DNA of 51,251 nt, the filler included, from Diploschistes diacapsis (lineage: Eukaryota): assembly GCA_023645945.1 (NCBI GenBank). It is 3 parts of 3 records of this genome, joined end to end, with 100 filler letters (N's around TTAATTAATTAA, not from the genome) between each part and the next. Parts side by side here need not be neighbours in the genome. Positions count along the whole stretch, not along the records: positions 1 to 17,034 come from JALAIB010000473.1; 2 more parts are not named here. The stretch is one strand, 5' to 3'. Each line of letters starts with the position of its first letter. Within the stretch, counting starts at the first letter, position 1. Under the pieces are notes generated by a model, which was given only the letters and a program-made list of their open reading frames with translations, did no database searches and was not told the origin of the DNA. The position numbers were made by a program, and so were the translations under genes. Below are positions 1-10,600 of this stretch, piece by piece.

Positions 1-396
1 CGGCCAACACCGGACCCGGCCCCCCTCACCCACCTCTCGGACTTCATCTTCCTGATCCACCAGCGCCTGTGCAACAACGAGCTCGCCTGCCTGCAGCGCC
101 TGCAGTGGCTCATCCACTACACCGTCCTCAACCCGGTTTCCGAGGCCGTCGCAAACACCGTCTTCGGCACGAGCGGGAATTCGGCCTGGCCCGCGTGGCC
201 GGGCAGGGGCTTTGTGCCGTATGATAGTGTCTATGGCCAGCCGGCGAAGGCGCTGATCGGCTGTCCCAATGGGCATGGGGTTGCGTACTTGCTGGCGCAG
301 CATGTGAGGGAGTATGGGCCGAGGGCCATTGACGAGGTGAGGGTGTTTGGGAGCGATTCGGAGCTGTTGTGCATGGGGTGGCATGTTGCTATTTGA
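1..396 (+). CDS. 3' end of an uncharacterised fungal protein (5' truncated by window edge)
   Basis: Frame 1 is open from base 1 to TGA 394-396 with strong GC3 bias: RPTPDPAPLTHLSDFIFLIHQRLC...WPAWPGRGF...ALIGCPNGHGVAYLLAQH...IDEVRVF...CMGWHVAI. The GxPNGxGVAxLLxQH motif resembles a recurrent family of fungal hypothetical proteins (recall only). Confidence 0.7.
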   Translation, partial: RPTPDPAPLTHLSDFIFLIHQRLCNNELACLQRLQWLIHYTVLNPVSEAVANTVFGTSGNSAWPAWPGRGFVPYDSVYGQPAKALIGCPNGHGVAYLLAQHVREYGPRAIDEVRVFGSDSELLCMGWHVAI

Positions 397-2102
397 GCTT
401 TCGAAGGGGGGCAACGAGGGCGGGAAGGTGGGTTATGGAGTTTGGAAAGGATGGCCGGGCGGTTAGATACAAGGGATTTAGTGAGGTTACTAGTATGGGT
501 AGCCCGGCGAGACGTATCAAAATTGGTCTCAGGATACTAAGGTCATAGCGGCCGTGCATATGGTTGCCCTGATTTTGCAACGACAGTCTATTCGGGGGCT
601 TTGCGCTAAGCTGGACACTCCAATGCCTCATCATATCGAGCATGGCCCATGTGGCTCGCGGTACATTAGAACGAGCTTCCTGTTCAAAAGGGCAAAACTG
701 CCCATACTCCTCTACCTGGAGTACTCCCTATGATACCCCACGTACAGGTCACCGCAAAGACGCCCCGTAATCCTACTTACACAAGGCTCAGGCGGGCGCT
801 TCTCGTACGCATGCAAAACCCACCAGGAGAACAGAAAGCTTCTCGCCTTCCTGGCTCAGCAGACGGGTGACCCCTCTTGTCCGCCTCCAGCCTGTCCAGA
901 AGCTTGAGGCGTGTCTTCACGAAGGCAGTAACTTGACTGGCCATGATGTCCAAAACAAGCCAACAGCGCCGCTTCCCTATGAAACATCGAGGACAATACA
1001 AAGGCCAATCTACACTGCGATGCCGAAAATAGAGATGGAGAGTAGCACACGGGCGAATGGTTGGTCGGGAAGGAGGTCTTTGCAGTAGCAGAAATAGCTG
1101 GGAGCTGTCAATGAGGATCCGACGGAGTGTTTTGCGGTAACGGGGGACGCAGTCGCTTCGAGTACACAACCGGAGTAAGCTAGGAGCCATCGGCAAAGGA
1201 TGTGCAGAATCCCATCCATGTCGAGTGGCTGGGTGGGAATCGAGGACTCTACCGATATCGACGAATGAAAGGAGTTATTTTCCCCTTTTGGCGAGGGCTG
1301 AATATGCGTGGAACCTTTCAACCTGGTTTTGAAAAACGCAGGGCAAGAAGACTTAGCCAATAATATTGGAACATGTAGAGAGAGGGCTTCAGTGCAAGGT
1401 CATGAGCAAATTCCATCCCATCTGAAAGCCATTCGCGGTGCTCTTGATTTCTCTTCCCAGCAACCAACCCATAGCAGCAAAGAAATTCCGTACTACAGCT
1501 TTCAGATTTCCCTGAATCAATATTGCAAATCAACCATTGAAGCTCTGAAACAAACCCGCTCTCTGCAGCACAGGCATAGTACTTACTTACGTGCCGACCG
1601 CCTAGTATCACCCCAAGACCCTCATGGCATGAATACAACAAAGCTACCTTGTGTAACCGAAGCGTTCTGGTACAGATTAGCGTAATAGCTAATTGATATA
1701 AGATGTTGAATCTTCAAGGTCGTCTAACTAGGTTTCTTGGTTTAATTGCGCTGTAACTGCCAGTGACCCCGATACTAACTTTAGGGTAACGCTAGCTGTA
1801 AGCCGTAATTGATAAGGTTTTGGGTTTCCCTGAGGAGGCTTCGCTTTTGCAGGGACACTTAAAACAGTTTCTTGAGGGAAGCTAGGATGTATTATACGTG
1901 CTTTAAAGCGCATTTGTTTTTTTTGGTTGGAATGCAACTGCAACTGCTTTGCCTGCATCAACAGAATTGGGTTGAATAAGCTGCTTGTGACACTCTTCGC
2001 CTCCAGATCGCACCGAATCCGAGCTCACATATATTTCCATTTCCCTTCCCCCTTTTCATTCCGCATGCCCACCCCTTTGCCTTTCGATCTTTGGTGAACA
2101 TC

Positions 2103-2473
2103 ATGCCCCCCCGGTGCTATTATGGTTCGCCGTTGCCGAAAAGCTAAGCTGCTTATCCTCCGCATCTGTCGCTGCTCCTGCTCTCTTATTTATCTGACCT
2201 TCCAACGTCGTAGAGCACTATCCCCTTCACAGTCCCTTCACGAAAGCAAGCCTTCGCGCATCAGTCCATCCTTCACCACTTTTCGCCTCCCTCAAGAGAA
2301 ACGATCCAGATACCCTTTCCAACGGGACTGTCTTCGATATTCGACTCTTGCTCCAGCAGTCTGACATCGGCTGGGAGCACTTCGATAAGCTTGATACAAG
2401 CCCGGCACTGAACCTACTTTTCCAGCTAGAGGTCCGGAGGAGCGCCTCCCCGCCACTTCACCGCGCGGACTAA
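2103..2473 (+). CDS. Possible small spliced orphan ORF (93 aa)
   Basis: TATA-like 2029-2034 and CT-rich leader; ATG 2103; exon 2103-2124; intron 2125-2213 (GTTCGC...CTGAC...TAG); exon 2214-2473 in frame to TAA. No recognisable domain. Confidence 0.25.
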
Positions 2474-3084
2474 CCCGGGGGTATTTGCGAGCACGGAAGA
2501 AGACGATGCCTCCTTATTTTCCTTATCCCCTTCGGCCATGCTGCGTGGCCGAAGGACATGAACTGGGGGGTGCGAAGGACTCTGCAGCGGTCTCAAGACA
2601 TCGGGTGGCAGAAGGAGGCAAGCGGATGCGCTCCTGATGACCGTTTCCAACGTCTTTACAGAGACATGGTCAGGGCATGCTAGAGGCTTCTGCTCGAGAA
2701 CCGATAGGGAGGTCTGACGGTGACAATAATAAAAAGAATTTGAGCACAGAAATAGTGTGCATAATAACGATGTATATTGCAGACAGCACATTTCAATGAC
2801 CAGCCCATACCCGGCGCCTCCCCTCTGAAGCATCACATCAACCAAGAAGAGAAAACAACCCGAAAACAACTTACCTTCCGAGCTCTCTCATCTACACCAA
2901 ACTCCTTCGCTCCCTCGCTCCTTCGCTCCTTCCCCCATCGCACCCCTCTTCGCCTATACATACCCTCCTATAGTACCCTAGACCCATCTGCCCACCCCAA
3001 AGCACTCATTCCGCACTAGCATACAGACGCCTAACCCTCAACACGCGGCCCAATGCCAGATCACACCCATTCTCGTCGGTGCCG

Positions 3085-3111
3085 ACACGACACGACACGA
3101 CACAACACGAC
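3085..3111. repeat. (ACACG)n microsatellite
   Basis: gacacgacacgacacgacacaacacgac, read directly. Confidence 0.8.
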
Positions 3112-4296
3112 GCGGTGACAAGCTAGATGTATATGTGTTCTCGTTGCCGCGAATAGTCTTGCTCACTCCCCCCCCCCTCAGCGGCCTGCCTAACTATCAA
3201 GAACGAAGCAGGGTGCCACATCCCCAAAGACGGCGAGGGCGAGGGCGAGGGCATGGTCTGGGGGGCCGGGGATCGAGGCTAAAAGAAGGATGATATGGGG
3301 TATGCGCCAGCTCGTCCCGGGGAGCGCTGTACACAGTAGTGTAGCCACCCCCCCGGCCCTCAGTTGCACTAGTATCCCAGCCCATCATACACACATCAAG
3401 ACGCAGGTAAAAACACAAAGACAAAGCCCAAAGACGCAGCTCCCCCGCCGCCAGCCCGCCCGCCCGGTCACGTCGCTGCCGCACACTCGCAGCGCCACCG
3501 ATCCAGGGTCCCGCAGGCAGATTCCCGAGACAAAAAAAACCTACGAAAGCAGGTCGCGGGATGCAAAAAAAGCCGTGGTTCTTTACCTAGATTGCAAAGC
3601 TGCAAGCCACGGGATGTCTTTGACGCGCCCCCCCGTGTATAGCGGAACCTACCCGAAACGCACCCCGATCGATCGATTTCTCTGGTCTCGGCTTGTGTGC
3701 CGTCCTAGCGCACGAGAAGCCGTACGAAGGAGATCTGTGGCCGCCGCGAAAAAAACCCCCCCCCCCCTAGGGATCCGTGAGGCGTGGAGGACAGGGGGGG
3801 AGGACTTTGGGCGCTTGAATGGACAACATATCCAACGCGGGGAGTGAATGTGAGGCATGTCGCATTGGGATGAGGGTGAAGGAGTCGTAGGCTTGATTCT
3901 GCATTTGTGGACTGCAGGTCTGTGGAAGTGTAAAGATTGGCTCAGCTGTGACGAGATGGTGAGAGTATGCAATGGGCAGAAAAATTATGTAGGTTACGAC
4001 AAGATGGATAGATTAAAAGGCAAACGGAGGACAAGGTTCGAGCACAAGCAAGAGATAGGGAATATTAGTAAGCGAATATCAAGGAGAAGTAATTGAAAAA
4101 GGCACGTCAGTTGTGTAATGCTATTCGAAGTATTGAACGTCCATGCATTTTCAATTATTCAAGTACCTAAACGAATTAACATTATTCAGCCCTCCGCCTA
4201 TGCGCAACTGTAACAAATTAATGCAACGATAAATGGGTATCACAGTCCCGCGGTATTCGCACACCCCTCTCTGCCTTACATCTGCAACTATGCAGT

Positions 4297-5318
4297 TCAC
4301 AAGAAGAAAGCAGCGGCAGCGAGACCACCGGCGGCAAGCACACCGACCTTGTTAGCCGGTGCAGCAGCGGTGGAGATAGATGCTGGCTGGGACGAGGTTG
4401 CGCTAGGCATCGCGCTGTTGTAGCTCATAGTCGCGGTCGAGCTGCTGTTGCCCTCGCCCATGGCGAGCGTAGAGTTGGCGACACCGGGCTCGATAGCGGG
4501 CTGGTAGGCGGAGCAGGTGGCGTTGGGGCTGAGCGGGCACTGGTCGGCAATGCAAATGGACTGCAGCTGGGGACCCTGAGCCTTGATGACGGTCTCGGCG
4601 GGCTCGCACTTGTAATCGAAGAGCGTGGTGAGGGCCTTGCCGACAGCGGTGACGTCGGCATCGGCAACGCCAAAGGAAGCAGCCGAGAGACCGACCTGCT
4701 CGATGAAGTAGCCCATATCGTTGGGTCCCAGGTCCATGAACTTGTGCACTTGGTACATGGAGGCGTCACCCTGGTAGGAGGAGAAGCCGGGCATCCCCTG
4801 CTCGGAGCAGCCGAGGAGGGAACCGAAGAACTGGTACAGATGGGTGAGGAGGAAGTACTGGTTCGAAGAGTTGCCGTTGGCGGGCATGTTCTGCATCAGA
4901 GGGGCAGCTCCACCGTCGTCGAGGAAGTTAACGGCAACACCGGCCATGCCACCGCGGTTGCTGGAGGCAAGGCCACCGTCGAAGTAAGGAAGCAGGTTGA
5001 CGGCAGTGCCGTTGTAGGTACCGTTGTTGAGAATACCAGTCACCTTGACATCTGGGAAAGTGATGCCTGGAATCTTAGGCTTGGTGTAGTTGCCGATGAC
5101 GGCAGTGTTGACGACGAGGGTCAAGACGGTGGCCTGGTTCTCGGCGGTGTTGTGCTTGAGGAGGGCTATGCCAGTCAATACACTGATCATGAATCAAGAT
5201 CCGAGATTTACCCACCTGTCGTGTAGTAGTCGCAAATTGACGTGTTGGCAGGGCGCATCTGAGCCAAGGCAGAGCCGGCGAGAGCTGCAACGGCAGCAAC
5301 GGCAGCAGAAGTACGCAT
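4297..5318 (-). CDS. Secreted, probably GPI-anchored protein with truncated (2/2) haemoglobin-like domain (323 aa)
   Basis: Exons 5318-5216 and 5165-4297; intron 5215-5166 (GTGGGT...TTGAC...TAG). Signal peptide MRTSAAVAAVAALAGSALA; core LLPYFDG...LLTHLYQFFGSLLGC...YQGDASMYQVHKFMDL...YFIEQVGLSAASFGVADADVTAVG; Ser/Thr/Ala stalk; hydrophobic tail VGVLAAGGLAAAAFFL; strong codon bias. Confidence 0.8.
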
Positions 5319-7638
5319 GCTTACAAGATTCTATGCAATACAAGATCGAAGAAATCAGGATAGAAGTAAGGCTGCGGATACAAGACTTGAGGCAATGCAC
5401 GGCGACTGAAAAAGGAAGGGAGCGACTCGAGCAAAGAAGAGAAAGAAAAGGGTAAACAAAACAAGTTATAGGGGTGTTTTATTTGACACCAACAGCGAGG
5501 AAGCAGCATTCCTACCTCTTCTGGATGGGGCTAGTCTTTTAGCCAGGATGAAGAAGAGTGAGAGGAGCTAGGGCCATGGTGGTGCTGTGCTACGCTGCTA
5601 CGCTGCTACGCCTTTTTTGGGCGCTCGAAACAGACTTAAGATCTTCGGATTCGCTCGAGTCGCAGCTGAGGCAAGACCGGGCTGCCCGATGCAGCCTAGG
5701 GGCAGATGAAGCTGTGAGCTTGCCGAGCTTGGTGGCTTTAGTGCTTGGAGGTTTTGATGTTAGGTGGATGTTGTCATGTCTGGAATGCAGATGCAGGAGC
5801 TTCTGCTGCCCAGCGTACAGAACCAGCGAAATGGATCGCGGTCAGCCAATTACCTCGGAGATGTTTCTTTGGATGAAGTCAGAGTCGAAGTTGTTGCCCC
5901 AGATTTTCATAATGTGTATCTTTTTCTCTGTTGGGTGCTAGTTGCTTTAGCTGCAACGGATATGGTCGAAGCCGACAGAGCGAAAGAAGCGGCGCGAAAG
6001 ACAGCGCGCAATGACGGCTTACGTTTAGAAATTGCGAGTGTATGATTGGACTGGTTAAAGTACACCATAAAGGTCGTTGCTGCCTTAATACGAGTATGGT
6101 TTGAGGTTCGAAGGTCATTATATGGGGATGCTTTCATTGAGCTTGCGCCACAACAAGAAGCAGCGGCGATGCTCTTGGTCTTCAGCCCTCTTGGAGTTTA
6201 GATTCCAGCAGTGACACGATGGGAAGATTTCGATGGCTCGACACAATCTTTGGAAAGGAAGGGTAATGCAGGATCGGCATCTGGCGTGGATGGTTGGATG
6301 GATGGATGGGGTAGACGGTGGAGTTGTTGCTGCTTTGGCTCAGGAACCATCAGACCGGCGGCAGTGGGCACCATTAGTCAGCGCTTCGCCAAGCGGCAAG
6401 TCTTGTGATTATTTCGCCTGTCACAAGTACTCACAGGCAATGCTATACTATAATATTATATTCAAAACATCTTCTTCAAACTTTCAATGCCCTGCCAATG
6501 CCATCGCATATCCGAAACTCTCCGCGGAAAACCCTCTCGCAAGTCTTAACTCCCGTCCATGATCCATCCTCTCCCTCCCAAAAACCCCCCATCAGATCCG
6601 CAATCTCCACTAACCTATTTTCTAAACGCTAGGAACCTCAGCCTAGCCCCAAAAAGCCTTTTCTCACCAATTTTCCCCCTACCTCCATGTCTTTGGAATC
6701 CTTCGCCCCAAACAACTTCCCTTTCCATCTTTCGAATGTTCCCCCTTACCAGAACTTGGCAAACTTGTACCGCCGATCTACGGATGTGGCGTTCTCCGAA
6801 CCAGAGAGGAAGAAACCCCGGGAAGAACGTTTTGGTCGCAACATTCGCAGCCATTAGCTATTTGAATCACTAGCTAGCCTACTATGGCAGGGTATGATTT
6901 GTGGTCCTGCAAGCGAAGTATCCTGAAAATCTCTGATGCATCCGTCATGCATGCCTGTGCGACGTTTTAATCTGGACGTTGGCAAATGGGAACTTTGCGT
7001 CTGCTTCTACAGGTGGAGCATGGCACCTACCTACCTACCGAAAAAGGGTATTTATTGAAACTGCAAAATCACTGCGTATGTATGCGTACAGAGGGGATTT
7101 GAAGCGTTCCCAGGGTAGCATGGTGCAGATAGACCGTGCAGTTAGCCTTTCGTTGAGCATTGCATTGTGCCGCCCAGCCGTCGCAATGGTCGCGCATGCA
7201 CGATGCACACCTGCCTGGCAGCCAGAACTACGAGCTTTCACCTTCTTTTGAAGCCTAACCGGAGCAATCGATACCAAATTACCAATGCTATTTTGGTAAG
7301 TTATCGAAGCTATGAGATTACAAATCCAATAAGTACTTTTTGGTAGCCCCCCCCCAGGGGTGCAAAGTGCCGTGTAACCTTTGCTGCTCAATTGTACAAG
7401 AAGCGACCTGCATTCTAGACGGCTCTGACTTATAGTTCCCTCGTAGTGACCTCCCAGTCCTCCTTAAGCTCTCCACGGCACAGCCGTTGGATTCCACTGC
7501 AAGCAAACTGCATCAACTTTTGGCCACGAATTTTACCACGAATTTTACCACCCATACCGGAAACTTGCCTCCTAAAACCTCGTGAACCTAAACCCATATC
7601 TCATGACTTCGTAAAAGACAAGCTGACAAGCTGACAAC

Positions 7639-10600
7639 TTAGCCCATGGACGGCGGAGGCCCAGCCCAGCGCGAAAAGTCCAAGCCAACGGAAACGCCCT
7701 CCTCCTCTGCGATCCCTCCCATCTGAACCCGACCGCTGAATGCGTCGCCGTCACTGTACGTCTTCGTGCCCTTTGCGCCCGGGTATTTGATACTCGTGCT
7801 CGTGCCCGAACTCGCGTATCTTTCCCTCAGCCGGTTGATCTCCCTCAGCCGATTGCGCCAGCTCGACACGTACTCGCCGTCGCCTCGGTTAGCCCACACG
7901 TTGCAGAATATCGAAGAGCTTAGCGCGAGCTGACGGATAAGCCCGGCCAGCGCAGTCGAGGGAACCAGCTTCATGGCAGAAGCTGCCGAAATACGAGGGA
8001 AAGATGGCTGGGAAAGCAGTTGTACCGTGTAATAATGCTGTATATTGCCCAGGTGCTGCACATCCTGGCGTGCCTCGATCGTAGAGCTATTGGGCTCTGC
8101 ATCCGGCTTCCTTGCTTCCGCGCTCTTCGGTACAAGCTTGTGTTCTGGGGTGATGACAATATTGACAAAGTTGAACTGCGACGGGATCGTGTCGAGCTTG
8201 AACGGCAGGCCAGACCCATTCCAGATGATGCTCACGTAATCGTTGCCAACGTGACTCTTCTTTCTGATGCACTGTGCATCGTCTTCGAGGTCTGTGGGCA
8301 TCAAAGTCGGGACGTGATAAATGATCTCCACCACGCGATCACGCCATGCATAAGTATACGGTCCATCGGAGTCGCCCACTTTGTCAAGACCTTGCGTGTT
8401 GAATGCAGCTCCTTTGAGCTTCACCTTCGTCCCTATACCAGCAAGGAACTCTCCAAAAGCAGGATCAACACTATCGTTTGTCAAGATCTCCCTCTCTTCG
8501 CTTTGCCCGTCCCCAACATAGATGACTGCCACCTTGTAACCGTCCACAGTGTTATTCCGGTCGAATGCCGCAAAGGCTCGGCCCACGGTATCGTCATCCG
8601 GTAAGAATATGGGTTCCATCGGCGTTGGTGCCGGTGCTGCAGTGGCCCCTATCTGCAAGAACACGTGGTTGGGGAACACGTTGGGCGGCGGTCCAGATCC
8701 ATACATATTCTCGAAGAAACGGTCTGGAGTCGGCTCGTGATGTGCAGGTAAATCAGTAGTGTCCAGGCGAAGGGTTGCGTGCGTCGTGCCTGAGGCCTGT
8801 CGTTTGGTAATCTGCGTTTCGCCAGTCTTCACGTCAGTTTCGAGTGTGATGATCGAAAGGCCGACAAGCCAGGACCGTTTGGTGACGTCGGAGCGCCTGA
8901 AGCTGCGGTTGGGAGCAGTTTCACCGAGATCGGAATAGGTAGCCCTGAGCATCATATCCAAAGTCACTTGGCTCTGTTCTTCCATATGCTCGCCATCTTC
9001 ATCGGTCCACGCTAGATTCTTGGTGATCCATCCAACGTGCTTGTGCCTGTCTGCCAGCTTGAGAGAAAGAAACCATACTGTCATGACGTGGTAGGCAAGC
9101 ACAAAAACGTACTGCGGAACGTCCTTGTGGGGATCAACATTGTGCCCGGAATCGGTAGTTGAGCTAGACAATGTCGACAACCCGCTGGTCCGGTTCGAGG
9201 TGTCGCGAGCTGTGCCCGGCCGTGAGACTAGCTTCAAGCGCTGTTCGCGCGAGCTCTCCAAGTACTTGACGCATATTGCGAAAACCATGCGATACTCTTC
9301 TTCTCGAAAATCGCTGTACAAGTGCGGCAAACGAGCCACGCCACCGAGGAACTCAAGGACGTCCATTGTGAGCTGTGACCTAGTGATGATCTGCGACATT
9401 CTCTGGAGAATCTCGGGTAGTCGTTTGGATACTGCGTTGGGGAGTATATGGGAGCATATTGTAAGCGCTTGGACGCACGTCTTGGCTGCCCTCTCCCATT
9501 CTCCCATGCCGGCAATGAACGCGCGCAAAATGTCATCCAGTTCGTTCCGGTCCTCGAAGTATTCGCAATAGCCCGTAAGCACGACCAAGGCATTGATCAA
9601 GCACAGTGCGACATCCCCTTTCTTAACGCCAGTCTCGGCCGGTGGCTCACGGAACGTACCCTCGCGGATTTGCCCAACAAGCACCTTGCGGAGATGTTTC
9701 AAAATGACCAGAGAATCCGAAAACAGTGTCAGGTTGCATAACTGTGATGGTAAGTGTACGACAACATAGCTGTAAACCTCCCAGTCGGCTTCTTCTTGGA
9801 GTATACGTGCCACAGCTATTAGCCACTCACTGATTCTGAGGGTCAGTGGTCCAGTATTTTCCAGCGTTTCCTTCGAGATGTAAGCACTTGGTGCGAGCGG
9901 AGGTTCTCTCGGTAAGCCTGGAGTTCCCGGATACATCCATAAAGGAGCTTTCGGAGCTGTTCTGCCATGACCGCTGGAAGACCGATACGCAGCTTTTGTC
10001 GACGAATGGGTCGAGCCCCCGTAAGCGCTAGTCCTACTCTTGCGAAATTCATGGCTCTCTGCTGCAAGGGACTTCCTTTCGCTATGTGGTCGATGTTCGC
10101 GCATGGTAGCTTCAGTCCTACTGAGGGCTGCTGCCAGGCCAAGGCTATCGGCATCTTTTGTCACGAATATCGCATTAGTATGGTCGCAGCGAAGGCGAGT
10201 CAACAACTTTAAAGCAGGTAAGCGAAGACAAGCTGGAAGCCCCCGATTACTGGCAACATCCTTGGCAAGCACAAGGTATATTTGATTCGAAACCGACTGG
10301 TAGGGAGGCGTCAAACTGCCGAGGAAGAGTTCCACCAGAGCCGTCGTAACTCCAGCCAGATCAAGTTGAGCTACGGACCGTCCTGATGGTTCGAGGTTTG
10401 CTTCAAGGTCTGAATCAGGCTCAGACTCGAGCAGGGCTTTGCAAAGACCGAGAGTGGTTGACATATTGGGAGGCATGGCATGTTGCCAAAACTCAACCAC
10501 CAATGCAACAAGTGTGCTAGCTGCTCGCCATCCATTTTGATGAATTGGAAAATCTGCGAGAAGCTCATGCGCCATACCCCAATAATGGGTTCCTCTAGTC

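Noticed and set aside
400..1960. Short ORFs on both strands and - strand splice-like signals (about 1590, 1323, 780)
   Set aside because: No codon bias or domain, and no exon chain giving a coherent protein.
2634..2717. Possible C/D snoRNA (TGATGA...CTGA); similar weak case at 26921-27011
   Set aside because: Imperfect box C, no convincing flanking terminal stem and no rRNA-complementary guide that I could identify.
3030..3038. CCTAACCCT as a telomerase RNA template
   Set aside because: A 9-mer expected by chance (also present inside CDSs near 42442 and 50122); no convincing pseudoknot or CR4/5 seen. A covariance-model search would be needed.
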